Shown here: in pieces, positions 38,401-49,504 of the stretch
Position numbering within the stretch: position 1 is the stretch's first letter
How the letters are laid out: each line of letters starts with the position of its first letter
Origin: a virus
Length of the DNA stretch: 64,000 nucleotides
Virus record (IMG/VR): IMGVR_UViG_3300005077_000565
Coordinates: 1 to 64,000 of that record
Direction: 5' to 3' (one strand)
Program-made: the position numbers and the translations under genes
Notes under the pieces: generated by a model
Databases searched by the model: none
What the model saw: only the letters and a program-made list of their open reading frames with translations
What the model was told of the DNA's origin: nothing

Positions 38401-38930
38401 ACGATCTTGAGTTCCGTGAATGGATAACTAATAACAGAAAGTCTCCGGATATGCCCAAACCACCCACAACTGAAGAACTACGTGCACAGTTTATTAGTTT
38501 AGACAGCAAGAAGAGTGTTAGTGACACTGTGGTATATCGTAGTGCCAAGTACAAGGTATTGTTCGGTGAACTAGCAGACAATACACTACAGGCCAAGTTC
38601 CGTGTGGTCAGAGTCAAAGGATCAACATTAAGTGATAACGAAGTCAAGAGTCGTGTATTGGAATCCATCAATAACTTCTTTAATGTAGACAACTGGGACT
38701 TCGGAGAAACCTTCTACTTCACCGAGCTGGCTGCATATGTACATAATCAGCTGCTGGGTATTATCAGTAGTATAGTTATAGTCCCCACACAGGAAAACAG
38801 TGCATTTGGGAATCTATTCCAGGTAACACCCTCCAGTGATGAGTTATTCATGCCAGACATTGATCTGAATAGCATTGAACTAGTCAGTAATTTTACAAAT
38901 TCTAATCTAAGAGTTTCCAGCAGCGTGTAA
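35463..38930 (+). CDS. gp6: baseplate wedge protein gp6-like
   Basis: YPENFNDWIQSSE...ENFLSTAERRASV...LGY, FGDG, ETVASIK...QDRMVTAEDY. Confidence 0.85.
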   Translation: MAQSVRQRNLFAAEDFTVVYDTFKQANFQAYDYDTIRQTMVDYIRNNYPENFNDWIQSSEFVALVELLAFLGHNLAFRVDLAGRENFLSTAERRASVLRIADFLGYNPIRALPARGLLKIQTIKTNQNIYDVNGTSLKNKTVNFVDEQDQTSYQNFLLIMNEVLGNANRFGRPVAKSTINGVRTEIYTVNQAANQDITFKFKARVNGNEQSFELHGSTIDDGLIQETIPNPESAFGLVYRNDNQGITSSDTGFFVSFKQGTLQFSDYNADSAISNLHLAVNSTNINNNDVWVQTVDSLGLVLTDWTKIDSTYGASAIFNAINNQTRSVYSVKTLENDAISVNFGDGVFADVPRGIIRVWYRNSVNEIYTLNPDDVGTVNFSIKYLASDGNEYTAAFAAELETSVNNASSRETVASIKENAGRVFTTQDRMVTAEDYSILPLTVSNNVKKIKSVNRTHSGHSRFIKPNDPTAHYQNVVMMAEDGYIYGEDILDRISIPLPNDITNSQIFDFYLAQLIQHPELLNLYYQKYSPFGVPYEPGIVDNSTAFQWQLVSADTNGCTGYITRAGVPERVGDAITNAMEDVKIGSIIEFTEEPWIDGSLGNPGDVFDIVNGGYGYTTANVFIYGTGTGAAATAVITDGSITRINITSGGSGYTNPVSIVIVGDGTGAQARAQARSSGRRWARVVSIDDDGLGVDNVTGVPTGIDSRGQGAIILSNSVPQNARISRIFPAFTTQFTDSEKAAIINALSLNNSFGIRYDAVNSLWKIVATNDLPAASFNNPRYFSLANAGIANGSTPDQSWVVRVNKYSDRWEILSRRYRIVYGSSESIRFYNQNSNIRFNVETNKPERDEINVLGINYKPNGSSAAIGSDLKFYGYRYYTEASGYTDDHKLLVTVSNISNDMYPENPMAFRELVGPDQIGLGTVNEDGFEYQVYDPAATAIYPGRADLTFKWRRVAETDVRIDPSISNIIDTFVLTSSYDLEFREWITNNRKSPDMPKPPTTEELRAQFISLDSKKSVSDTVVYRSAKYKVLFGELADNTLQAKFRVVRVKGSTLSDNEVKSRVLESINNFFNVDNWDFGETFYFTELAAYVHNQLLGIISSIVIVPTQENSAFGNLFQVTPSSDELFMPDIDLNSIELVSNFTNSNLRVSSSV

Positions 38931-38948
38931 AGAAAGCAATATTTAAAG

Positions 38949-41900
38949 ATGTCAAAATATAAAGCAAATCCACAAAAATTACCAAACAATACACAGGGTA
39001 ACGAGCAACAAATATATGTTGGCAAACGTCCCTCTGTGGAAATGTTGCCGGCAATTTTTAAAACTGACACTAATCGACGATTTTTAGATAGTACACTGGA
39101 TCAGTTACTGAGCAGTGGTAGTACCGAGACACTGGATACTTACTGGGGCAGAGTAAGCAGTAAAAATTATATTTTTGGACGAGATTTGTTCGCAGACGAG
39201 CATAGTGCTCAGCGAAGAAACTATCAGCTGGCGCCGGGCTACGGCGTGGTACAAGATCTAGAAACACAGGATGCAATAACCTATATCAGTGTTCTAAATT
39301 CATTAAAACAATCCGGAGCAGACATCACCGACGTTAATCGTCTGATGTCAGAACCTGGTTATGTTCTAGATTTGCCCATCAATGTCGACATGTTTATAAA
39401 CAACGTCAACTACTATTGGTATTGTAATGGCGATTCTCTGCCAGTGTGTGAAATTACCGCCACCGCCACAGACCCAATCGACATCGATCAGATCACGTTG
39501 CAGAGTTCCTATACTACTCCAGTGCTTGCAAATGGTAAAACACTGACTCTGGTTTCAGGTATGTTAGTTAAATTTACCGGCGACTACGTAACCACCTCTG
39601 AGTATAAACTCGATGCAGTCTACTATGTCGAAAACGTCGGCAATGATGGAATTCGATTAATTGAAAAGTATGATGAAACTGGCCGCCTGGTATTTTTGAA
39701 TGTTCAACAATATTCAGCATCGATTCCTTCTCGTAGCTGGGACCGCGAAAACTGGGATACCACTGCCTGGGACTACAGTGAATTTGGTGACGCTGGCAAG
39801 GAATATATCGTGGTCAATCGCAGCGGGCAAGATCGTAATCCCTGGGTGCGTGCAAACCAGTGGCACAGTATCTATGCCATCAAGGCAACCGTAGAATTCA
39901 ATGATCTGGAAATTAATGATTATATTTCCAGCGAACGCCGAGCACAACGCCCAATCATTGAATGGCATGCTAACTATGAGCTGTTTAACACTGGTACACG
40001 CGATCTTACACCAGTGACGCACTTAATTGACGATGTCGCAGACCCCGCCACTACAATTGTTGGTCAGGAACTCTACAGACATCATGATGACCTACTACTA
40101 GACAATGATCGAGTATTGTTTTTCAATGCCGGCACATACTCTAATAAAATCTATCGAGTAACTGGGTTCGGAACAAGCATTGCATTGGTTCTTGAAAGTG
40201 ATGAATCTACACTAGTCAGCGGCGACAAAGTACTAGTATTGCATCACCAGGGTACTGTCAGCGGCGCTGAGTATTACTGGAATGGAACAAGCTGGGTTTA
40301 CGGACAACAAAAGCAAACCCGCGGTAGCGCACCTAAATTCAACTTGTACGACAGCAGTAACATCGCGCTGAGTTCTTATGCTGACACTGACTTCGCTGGA
40401 GATTACGTATTTAAATACACTGCTAACAGCGCTGGTGTGGTAGATCGTGAACTAGGGTTCGCACCTAAATTTAACAGCGAAAGAAATAACAACGACATCA
40501 GTTTTGATCTGACGCTAAACAACACTAGATACTACCAAAATTTAGGCACTGATTTACGTGAAGAAATTAGTGGATACTACTATATTAAAAATCGCAGTAC
40601 TGGGAAATTTAACAACCTCTGGACCTTGATTCGTGAAGGGCAGCATGCACCTATACTGCAAACACATATAGTAACTGACGAAACTGAGTCAGTTAAGTTT
40701 AAATTGGCCAGCGAAGATCTAGGATACAGTACACAGTATTATGTTTCATATAGTCAAGGATATCGCTGGTCAACTTCAAATTATGCCAGTACCGATGAAG
40801 TTGGCACTGCCAACCCCCTGCTGGTATTCCAACGTGGTGTTGAATACAGTATTGTAAATCTGATTGCAGATGCTGCCCATGATCTTGAATTTGTAACTCC
40901 CCTGGGAGTTACAGATCCTGAAATCTCAGTTACCACATCAGGACAACAGGTTATAGTTACAGTCAGTGATCAATATCAATACTCATCAGTGATCTATCGC
41001 AGTCAGACTGATCCTGAAATGCGTGGAACTATTGTACTAGTAGCAGACACTGGACTGCGCCTAAGACTACTTAAAAATGGAGATCGTCTAATTCTAGGGC
41101 AGGATTTTACCATTACCGGCGACCAATTGTCAGTAATCACTGCGGGAGTACGCGGTGATGTCTACGATCTTGAATACACCACCCAGTCAGCACCAGACAT
41201 GGCAGTGGTGCAGGATATTGCACCTGTACACAAATACAATCCCATGAATGCCGCCGTGTCACAGGTTGGGTTCGCTAACCTGTTGAATCACTTTGAAGAT
41301 CAGTTATTGGCAATGCCAGGCATCGCTTCAGAAATTTTTGGTTACAATGACTACTACAAATTACCAACACTACACAGTTACGGTGGTACTATTAGACAGC
41401 AGATATATAGTCCTGCCAAGATGAGTTATCTATCTTCGCGTGCTGAAACTAATCCCTTCAACGCACTGGTCAAAGCCAGCGACGATTATAGAAATTTTAA
41501 AACTTACTTTAAAAATAAAGTAAAGCAGATCTGGGAATCAAAACGTTACCTAGGAGAAACATACAGTGTTCGTGAAATTGTTGACCAAGCACTTCATGAA
41601 ATTAACCTAGGCAAGACCAATGATTTTGCATATGCTCGCAGCGACATGGTCTATTACGAAGAGCCACACGCTCGTAACATGGCTGATTACAACAAAGAAA
41701 ATGAAGTCAAATACTATGTGATCGACGACCAGACGGTGTTTACATTACCACAAGTTGAAAATTATTACACTGATAAGAAAACTCACATCTATGTTTGGTT
41801 AACCGAATACAATGGATCTGCATATGTTGAACGTCCACTAATTCGTAACGTTGACTATACTGTTTCTGGAAACGTATTGACATTAACCAACACAGTGACA

Positions 41901-44900
41901 CTGGACGGTACAAACACACCAGCCCCACTGGTAATTAATACCTACGGATTTGAAGTTGACAGTTATGTACCCCCCAGCGCAGCCAAGTTGGGTTTTACAC
42001 CGATATTTGACGTTGAAATCGTCGACGGCGTATTGTACGGGCATGACGGCAGTCAACATGTAGCCTCGGGTTCTGAATACTTTGATGTCACCGACGATGC
42101 CATTGATATTGTCACTGCCTGTTTGTATGACTTTGAAGTTAGAGTAGTATCGAACATTGGATCAGTTAGTAACAATAACATACGAAATTTACTACCAACA
42201 CACCACATCACTAACAGCTACAGTTGGCAGGATACCACAGTCAGACTCGACGACTGGTACAACCGCTGGGCTGCTAGAAATAATGTAGTTGGTTATAACT
42301 CAGCCGACTATTACAACCCTGCTGACAAATTCACCTGGAACTACAGTACAGTCTATCCCTATATTGGTGGCTGGCGTGGCATCTACGTCTACTTCTTTGG
42401 AACTGATCGCCCACACACCCACCCCTGGGAAATACTGGGCTTAACCAGCAAGCCTAGCTGGTGGGATGCAAACTATAGCTGGACCGATCCAGTGCGTCGT
42501 AGTGCGTTGATCAACGCTATTCGCACTGGCCTAACCATGGAACCTGGAACTGGTCAGTGTAGTATATTGGCTGCTAGATGGAACTACGACTGGGACACAA
42601 ATGTACTAGTAGACATATCTGGCAACTTAAATGACCCAGTTACAGCCGGCGTCTGCGCAGACCCTGGTGCAGTCGCAGCCTCTGCGAATTTCCAATTCGG
42701 AGACTACGGACCATACGAAACTGACTGGCGCAACTCCAGTGAATACACGTTTGCATTAATGGAAGTTTTACTGCAACTAAAACCTTATCGTGTACATGAA
42801 CTGTTCTGGCAGATCAATAACATTGTAAAATTGTGTAACTCTAGTACTGAGAGTGTTCAGTATGGCCATAAATTTAACAACCGTCGCGCTGGACTCGACG
42901 GTACCGCTATTCACATGCTGCCCTATGAAAACGGAATAGTAAGATCTGTCACAGTAAATGCCGGTGGCACCGGTTATAATACATCATCAACTGCAACGTT
43001 GATAGTAAAAAATTCACGCCAACCAGAATTCGCAGTGACGACCCAGTCTGGTGCAGTTGTTGCTGTCAGCGTAGTAGATCCTGGTAATGGACTTTACGGT
43101 GATTCCAGACTAGATATTTCCGGCCCACTGGGCTCCAGCGGTGCAGACGCAACCGTTGATGTAATGACTGGCGCAGTTGAAACCGTTTGCGGTTTAACCA
43201 CCACAATTTCAGAGTGGGCATTTGGATTTGGTGTCAGTGCCGACAGTATCTATCAGACTCTAGGTGCGGTTCAATCAAAATTAATGTTACACGTCGGCGG
43301 CTACACTGACAAGAATATCGTTGATCTGATACTCGACGGTAGTTATAATCGTGGGCGTGTTAGAATACCCAAACAGGACTTTTCAGTTGTTCTAGATAAA
43401 AGTTCCCCTACAACTAGTGTATACTACAGTGCAGTGCAAGTCACTAAAGGTGATACTGGGTACACTGTACAGGGATTTGACACCAACAACAGAAAATTTA
43501 TCGTTGCTGTACCAAGCTACGGTGGTGCAGCTAAAAAAGAAGAAATCGGCAATTTAACAGTTGCTAGATACCTAAAATATACCAACGAAACACGCGAAGT
43601 TCGTTACGGAACTACTTTTGCTAAACGTCAGGAACTCTACGACTTTTTATTAGGGCTGTCTAAATATTACGAAACTCAGGGTTTTGAAGTTGATGTTCAG
43701 TGGAACATTGACGCTCGCGCAGTCATGGAGTGGAGTCTGGCAGATGATCCTGATCCCATTACTGTCAACGGTATCGCCGATGTTCTAACTTTCAGACAGG
43801 GTGCTGTTGGTTTTGTTGATAATATCGGATTCGTCTACGACGGGACCAGCAATTGTGTAGACTACGATGGCCGCCAGATCAAATCCAAAGATCTACTAGT
43901 ATTACGTAATGAAACCACCACGGAATTTAATGCTAAAGACAGTGCCAGACAGATTGCCGGGATTAGAATCAACGTCGTCGAGTTTGAACACGTTATTGCT
44001 ATTAATAACCTAACTCAGTTTAACGATTTAGTATATGATCCTGCGACCGGACTTGTACAGACACGTATTCTAGTACAGGGTGAGAGAACACGCAACTGGA
44101 ATGGACGATTAGAAGCTCCCGGCTATCTAGTTAGAACCACTGGTATCGTACCCAGCATTGAATCTAGTGTTCGTGAAGTAGAACGCGATAACATTAACTC
44201 TAGCAGTAAAACGCTGAATAAGATGACACGCGATACTGCGCGATTTAACGTAGGGTACGTTGAACCAGAATACTTGACCACCACATTTGTAGAAGATAAT
44301 GCAGCATACAAATTTGGACAAGGCATACGCAAGTACAAAGGCACACGCGATAGTATCAGCGCAATTATGCGTAATATAAATTTATTCGGAGCTGCACCGG
44401 CGCACCGCGTACATGACGAATGGATGATACGTCTAGGGGATTATGGTGATAAACGTCAGCGCAATCCAATACAGTTTAGCCTATCTGCCGATCTTATCAA
44501 GTCTAATCCACAGAGCATAAGATTTAACGCCGATTATATAAGTGATGATGTTAGCGATCGTGTCATTGACTATCATCAAGGGAGTTATCGTTTAATTTCT
44601 GGCGATATCACACAATCGCTACCTATGATGCCAGCAGTGCAGTATACCACTAACCGAACAATTGAGCAGAGTGAAATGTTCGGTAAGTTCAACAAAACTG
44701 CAGGCCTACCACTAATCACTGAGACTGATTATTTCTTAAAAAGTATCGATGATATTGGATCAGTATATGACAGTGAATCTGAATATGCAAACATACCAGC
44801 CTGGAGCGACAGTGTAAGCTATAAACGCGGAGATCGTGTCAGAATTAACGGTGATGTCTATCAATGCAACGTTGACTACACTGGTATAGTACCAGTGGTG

Positions 44901-47900
44901 AATCCGCTGACCATCAAAGGTACTGTTTACTTTCCCAGTGTACCAGTCAATTCAACTTTAATCATTGATGGAACTACAATTACGCTGGCCAAAGCAGCCA
45001 CTACGTCCACTAGAAATACCATAGAGTTAACAGGCACTGTTAATAATCCTGAACTGCCCAACAACAGTTCACTCAGCATTGACAACGCGACTATTTTGTT
45101 CGAGAAAACTCAGACAGTGGTAACGTATGACCCCATTAATGCCACTGGGTCAGTGATCAACCCCAGCTTCACTGGCGGGCTTGGAAAAACATTTGTTATT
45201 AACGGAACTGTAATTGATTTTAATCAAACTAGTAGTTTTAATACTGCTAGCTTGAATCCATCTAATTCAACCGGTGCCACTCAGGTCAACTGGTACGGCT
45301 CTGCTATATCTGGATCCGTCACCGGTGCCAGCGATCTATATATTGACAATACATCGGTTAGATTCTCAGTACCCGGTGTCACCGGCACTGGTCCGGTGAG
45401 CTATTATCGAACAATAGTTAATAGTGTACCCAGCGCCTGGATTTCTCTGGGTACCCAATCCAGTCCTATCACCGGGTACAGTGAAATTGATTCTGTGATA
45501 GTAACCATTGAACGTGCAACCTGGCCCACTGGGGCAGATTTTACTGCTAATACCAATGGTGTCACTGATTTCCAATACAATATCGCAGTTAGATTGGCCA
45601 GTATCAGCGAAGTACCAGTTAATTATACTATATCAAGTATTGTTAGTCGTATTAACTCTTATGCAATTTCCGACGTAATAGCCAGCAATTTTGAAAACCG
45701 TCTAAGAATAACCAGCACTGATACCAGTCTAGTTATCGGTGCCGGGACAATGAATTCTGCGCTGGGATTCCCAGTCACCAGTACCGTTTACACTGCCACC
45801 AGTAATACATCTGTTGTGGGTGCGAATTCAACACTGACTGAAATAGTTACTACAATTAATAACAGCAATATTGTCGGTGTTACAGCCAGCGCAGTGTCTG
45901 GAAAACTAGTGTTGACTAGTGTTAATGAGTCATTGACTGTTAACTACACAACTGCAGTGGATTTGGTCGGCATACCATCAGGAACTTTTGCAGCTTCATA
46001 TAACACAACCACAACATATGTTGACAGTACAATATATGATGTCATTGATGCCATCACTGAACAAAATCTTGTTGGTATCACTGCTACAAACGTGGATAAC
46101 CAACTAGTGATCAACAGTGTCAACGACAGTTTAAGTATTGGTGCTGGTTCTGCAAACAGTTATCTTGGACTGTCTGAAACTATTCTCAGCGCATCAACTG
46201 TTATTGAAGGTGAAACGGTGGCCGGAGGAAATGTGTTTGATGTCAATGATTGGATATCAATTACAGATCCCGCGCAGTTTAGTGTCTGGTTAGTTGACAA
46301 CCTAGGAACCACTAATATTTCTTCAGATGCGCTACCAGGCTACAATGTATATCAGGTATTTGATTTTAAACAGGGTATCGTTGAAATATGTGCTGGTAAT
46401 CTACTAAGTGATGCCGCCATGGTTAGTACATCCGCTGACCATAATGTTGAAATTGGTGACTATGTCATGATTTTAGGTAGCACCAGTACACCCAACGTTG
46501 ACGGTATTCATCGTGTAATTGGCGTGGAAAATGAAACACATTTCTACATTGATGTGTTTATTGAAGAAAAGGGTTACGGCGGCAAAATATTGCCAGTAAA
46601 ACCCACTAGATTCAGCAGCACTCGTGAATTAAATCAGACATTGACTGCCGTTTCGTATACCAATGGAGTTCTGGGCTGGCGCGATGGTATGTTGGCTTAT
46701 GTCGACGACATTAGAAATTCCGGTGTCAGCAGTAACATTGGTGGAGTATATGTCACCAAAACCAACATCCACACAGGACAAAAATACTTCGAGTTAATTA
46801 GAAGTCAGACCGTTAAAGCTGATAACCGCGCGATCAAGAATGCTGTGATTTATGATGGTGTGACGCAGGAAAAATTTGCTCAATTGGAAGTTTACGATCC
46901 AGTTAAAGGTATATTGCCGGGTTCAGTCGAGCGTGAAATAAATTATACCTACGGATTTGACCCTGCAACTTACAGCAGTACGACCGACGTCCGTTACACT
47001 GTTAACAACAATAATGCCTGGGACAACACATACGTCGGAAAGGTGTGGTGGGATACCAGCAACGCATATTATCTAGATTATGAACAGAGCACTACTGAGT
47101 ATCGTCAAGAGTACTGGGGGCAGTTGTACCCAACCAGTACGGTCGATGTCTACGAGTGGACTAAGAGTACAGTACCACCAGATCAATATGCACAGGCAGT
47201 CATTGATCTAACGGTTGTCGACGGCTCGTTGTTAACCGGTGATGCCTATTACAAAATTGGACAATATGAAGAAGTACAGTATTATTGGACTGAAGAAACT
47301 GCCTATGATGCTGCCACTGGTCGTGACGAAACCTATTACTATTTCTGGGTCAAGAATAAGACTACAACCGGCAACCCTGATCGACAACTGACAACTACAC
47401 AGATTGAAAACATGTTGTTGGACCCCACTGGGTCTGGTATTAACTGGGTGGCCGCCACAGGAGAAAATTCTGTAGTTATCAGTAATCCGGTGAATTACTT
47501 ACTGAGTGACTCAGCCGTGGTGCAGATTAATTTCCAGTCGACTGGTACAGAACTACACCAGGAGTATGCACTACTGGCAGAAAATGATCCTGCACTGCAT
47601 ATTTCAGAATGGCTACACCTAGGTTTACGTGATAGTATTGCCATGTATGATCGTAGTTCAACTGTTGTTGACTGCTCCGATTATGAAATTGGTGTAAATT
47701 ATCCTGCAGGCGCATATGTTAGAAGTACTTCTGGAAATTATTTTAAAGCCAAGCGTGATACCACAACTAATCCAGATGTATCAACACTGTCCTGGCAGCG
47801 AGTATATGCAGTGGTCGAAGATCAGGATGGATTGGTTGATGATACAATACCATATGGACATTTCCAGATCAGATTAACTACACCGAATCCGGTCCCCGAC

Positions 47901-49454
47901 AATCGTCTGCATCCTTATTCAAGATACGGTAATCAGATCAGACCTCGTCAGAGTTGGATACGTGATGTACTTTCTGCACGCCGCGTTGCGCTGGAAAAAA
48001 TCAATAAATTATTATTAGACATCAACTTAGTTGATACTATCCCAGACTGGGGTGATAACCTATTAAAACAACAGCGAACAGTCGGTGAAACCGTCTATGA
48101 CTTTACTAAATTCTGGAGCTACGCTGACTGGGTAAACCCAGTTACTGGCTATCAGATAGGCACGGTTCCTGACCGTGTAGTAATAACACGTAACGAATTA
48201 GATTTAGTTGAGCCAGTTGAAGGCGAATTGGCATTGGTTAAAATCAGTGTTGACGCTGATCGCATTAACCGCCGCCACGTATATCGTTATGTAAATGGTA
48301 CCTGGGAGATCCAGTTCAAGGAAAAGGCAACCATACAGTTCAACGACCTAATGTGGAACTACGAAAAGTATAGCTACGGCTGGGATAATGGAAGCTGGGA
48401 TTACGCCAATTGGGACCAGGATCCTGGTGCATTAATTAACGATGTACTTGACACGCTGTATTACGACGTTTTCACTGGCCAGTATAACCACATGTACACT
48501 GAATTCTGGTTCGCCATGATGAACTATATCATAAGCGAACAAGACCACGTGGACTGGATATTTAAATCAACATACATCAAGACCTATGTTGAACACGATC
48601 TAGACCACCGCCTGCGTTTATACCAAGTTCAGCATGAGCAGGAACTGATCGACTACATCAACAGCGTTAAACCCTTCCATACTAAACTGCGTGATTCAGT
48701 ATTTGTAAGGACTGCTGATGAAAACCCAAGAATTTCCATCAGTAGCGAAAATACATTTGATGTCACCATTCGTCTGAATCGCCTTGAGCAATATGAATTT
48801 GGCGGACTGATTGTCGATGGTGGCGCTAACTGGGCCAGCTCTGACAACGAAGATTATTCACTGTTCACCACTGCTGATGGTGATTACGACTGGATTTATG
48901 ATGCCACTGGACTGGTTCTAAACCCACACACTGCCATGGACAACGATCCTGAATTGGCACCAATTACTGCCGATGAATCAGTAGCCATAACTGTCACCAC
49001 CAACGTCAGCGGTTCAACAGTGACTGATGATACTGTACGTTATCGAATGTTTATAGATCCCACTGGCGAATTGCATAGCGACGTTATCAGAGAAACTCTG
49101 GAACTGGCAGTACCAATCACCGATGTCGACACTGAAATAACATTGGCAGATCTGTCAAGTGTAGTAGCATCAGATATAACTGAATTCTGGATCGGCGCCG
49201 AGTTAATCGAGTTTAGTCACTTTGTTGGCAATACCGCAGTAAATTGTCGTCGAGGTGCACGTGGGACTAGTCCTGCAGCACACGATTCTGGATCTGTTGT
49301 CTATGTGTCAGGCCCGTCTTATCGAATTCCAATACACAGCAATATAAGATCATATGTTGATAATTTAAGAACTGCGTATAATGACCCTGGTTTGAGCTTG
49401 ACTGATAACACTAGCGTCTACTACGATGCTGACTTCATTAGAAGAAACTCATAA
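38949..49454 (+). CDS. giant (3501 aa) baseplate wedge/structural protein, gp7-like by position
   Basis: Follows gp6; LPAIFKTDTN.RFL start, YINSVKPFHTKLR near the end; W-D repeats, CBM5/12-like motifs, S/T/N-rich insert. Confidence 0.7.
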   Translation: MSKYKANPQKLPNNTQGNEQQIYVGKRPSVEMLPAIFKTDTNRRFLDSTLDQLLSSGSTETLDTYWGRVSSKNYIFGRDLFADEHSAQRRNYQLAPGYGVVQDLETQDAITYISVLNSLKQSGADITDVNRLMSEPGYVLDLPINVDMFINNVNYYWYCNGDSLPVCEITATATDPIDIDQITLQSSYTTPVLANGKTLTLVSGMLVKFTGDYVTTSEYKLDAVYYVENVGNDGIRLIEKYDETGRLVFLNVQQYSASIPSRSWDRENWDTTAWDYSEFGDAGKEYIVVNRSGQDRNPWVRANQWHSIYAIKATVEFNDLEINDYISSERRAQRPIIEWHANYELFNTGTRDLTPVTHLIDDVADPATTIVGQELYRHHDDLLLDNDRVLFFNAGTYSNKIYRVTGFGTSIALVLESDESTLVSGDKVLVLHHQGTVSGAEYYWNGTSWVYGQQKQTRGSAPKFNLYDSSNIALSSYADTDFAGDYVFKYTANSAGVVDRELGFAPKFNSERNNNDISFDLTLNNTRYYQNLGTDLREEISGYYYIKNRSTGKFNNLWTLIREGQHAPILQTHIVTDETESVKFKLASEDLGYSTQYYVSYSQGYRWSTSNYASTDEVGTANPLLVFQRGVEYSIVNLIADAAHDLEFVTPLGVTDPEISVTTSGQQVIVTVSDQYQYSSVIYRSQTDPEMRGTIVLVADTGLRLRLLKNGDRLILGQDFTITGDQLSVITAGVRGDVYDLEYTTQSAPDMAVVQDIAPVHKYNPMNAAVSQVGFANLLNHFEDQLLAMPGIASEIFGYNDYYKLPTLHSYGGTIRQQIYSPAKMSYLSSRAETNPFNALVKASDDYRNFKTYFKNKVKQIWESKRYLGETYSVREIVDQALHEINLGKTNDFAYARSDMVYYEEPHARNMADYNKENEVKYYVIDDQTVFTLPQVENYYTDKKTHIYVWLTEYNGSAYVERPLIRNVDYTVSGNVLTLTNTVTLDGTNTPAPLVINTYGFEVDSYVPPSAAKLGFTPIFDVEIVDGVLYGHDGSQHVASGSEYFDVTDDAIDIVTACLYDFEVRVVSNIGSVSNNNIRNLLPTHHITNSYSWQDTTVRLDDWYNRWAARNNVVGYNSADYYNPADKFTWNYSTVYPYIGGWRGIYVYFFGTDRPHTHPWEILGLTSKPSWWDANYSWTDPVRRSALINAIRTGLTMEPGTGQCSILAARWNYDWDTNVLVDISGNLNDPVTAGVCADPGAVAASANFQFGDYGPYETDWRNSSEYTFALMEVLLQLKPYRVHELFWQINNIVKLCNSSTESVQYGHKFNNRRAGLDGTAIHMLPYENGIVRSVTVNAGGTGYNTSSTATLIVKNSRQPEFAVTTQSGAVVAVSVVDPGNGLYGDSRLDISGPLGSSGADATVDVMTGAVETVCGLTTTISEWAFGFGVSADSIYQTLGAVQSKLMLHVGGYTDKNIVDLILDGSYNRGRVRIPKQDFSVVLDKSSPTTSVYYSAVQVTKGDTGYTVQGFDTNNRKFIVAVPSYGGAAKKEEIGNLTVARYLKYTNETREVRYGTTFAKRQELYDFLLGLSKYYETQGFEVDVQWNIDARAVMEWSLADDPDPITVNGIADVLTFRQGAVGFVDNIGFVYDGTSNCVDYDGRQIKSKDLLVLRNETTTEFNAKDSARQIAGIRINVVEFEHVIAINNLTQFNDLVYDPATGLVQTRILVQGERTRNWNGRLEAPGYLVRTTGIVPSIESSVREVERDNINSSSKTLNKMTRDTARFNVGYVEPEYLTTTFVEDNAAYKFGQGIRKYKGTRDSISAIMRNINLFGAAPAHRVHDEWMIRLGDYGDKRQRNPIQFSLSADLIKSNPQSIRFNADYISDDVSDRVIDYHQGSYRLISGDITQSLPMMPAVQYTTNRTIEQSEMFGKFNKTAGLPLITETDYFLKSIDDIGSVYDSESEYANIPAWSDSVSYKRGDRVRINGDVYQCNVDYTGIVPVVNPLTIKGTVYFPSVPVNSTLIIDGTTITLAKAATTSTRNTIELTGTVNNPELPNNSSLSIDNATILFEKTQTVVTYDPINATGSVINPSFTGGLGKTFVINGTVIDFNQTSSFNTASLNPSNSTGATQVNWYGSAISGSVTGASDLYIDNTSVRFSVPGVTGTGPVSYYRTIVNSVPSAWISLGTQSSPITGYSEIDSVIVTIERATWPTGADFTANTNGVTDFQYNIAVRLASISEVPVNYTISSIVSRINSYAISDVIASNFENRLRITSTDTSLVIGAGTMNSALGFPVTSTVYTATSNTSVVGANSTLTEIVTTINNSNIVGVTASAVSGKLVLTSVNESLTVNYTTAVDLVGIPSGTFAASYNTTTTYVDSTIYDVIDAITEQNLVGITATNVDNQLVINSVNDSLSIGAGSANSYLGLSETILSASTVIEGETVAGGNVFDVNDWISITDPAQFSVWLVDNLGTTNISSDALPGYNVYQVFDFKQGIVEICAGNLLSDAAMVSTSADHNVEIGDYVMILGSTSTPNVDGIHRVIGVENETHFYIDVFIEEKGYGGKILPVKPTRFSSTRELNQTLTAVSYTNGVLGWRDGMLAYVDDIRNSGVSSNIGGVYVTKTNIHTGQKYFELIRSQTVKADNRAIKNAVIYDGVTQEKFAQLEVYDPVKGILPGSVEREINYTYGFDPATYSSTTDVRYTVNNNNAWDNTYVGKVWWDTSNAYYLDYEQSTTEYRQEYWGQLYPTSTVDVYEWTKSTVPPDQYAQAVIDLTVVDGSLLTGDAYYKIGQYEEVQYYWTEETAYDAATGRDETYYYFWVKNKTTTGNPDRQLTTTQIENMLLDPTGSGINWVAATGENSVVISNPVNYLLSDSAVVQINFQSTGTELHQEYALLAENDPALHISEWLHLGLRDSIAMYDRSSTVVDCSDYEIGVNYPAGAYVRSTSGNYFKAKRDTTTNPDVSTLSWQRVYAVVEDQDGLVDDTIPYGHFQIRLTTPNPVPDNRLHPYSRYGNQIRPRQSWIRDVLSARRVALEKINKLLLDINLVDTIPDWGDNLLKQQRTVGETVYDFTKFWSYADWVNPVTGYQIGTVPDRVVITRNELDLVEPVEGELALVKISVDADRINRRHVYRYVNGTWEIQFKEKATIQFNDLMWNYEKYSYGWDNGSWDYANWDQDPGALINDVLDTLYYDVFTGQYNHMYTEFWFAMMNYIISEQDHVDWIFKSTYIKTYVEHDLDHRLRLYQVQHEQELIDYINSVKPFHTKLRDSVFVRTADENPRISISSENTFDVTIRLNRLEQYEFGGLIVDGGANWASSDNEDYSLFTTADGDYDWIYDATGLVLNPHTAMDNDPELAPITADESVAITVTTNVSGSTVTDDTVRYRMFIDPTGELHSDVIRETLELAVPITDVDTEITLADLSSVVASDITEFWIGAELIEFSHFVGNTAVNCRRGARGTSPAAHDSGSVVYVSGPSYRIPIHSNIRSYVDNLRTAYNDPGLSLTDNTSVYYDADFIRRNS

Positions 49455-49474
49455 TAACTAGTGTTTACGAAATG

Positions 49475-49482
49475 TATAAATA
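49475..49482 (+). promoter_or_regulatory. late promoter TATAAATA
   Basis: Exact consensus upstream of 49505. Confidence 0.75.
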
Positions 49483-49504
49483 AGTATATTAGGATTTTTG
49501 ATAT

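Noticed and set aside
41630-41700. Apparent short duplication YARSDMVYY / HARNMADY in the giant baseplate gene
   Set aside because: Similarity is short and imperfect and the frame is intact; cannot be distinguished from chance without homologs
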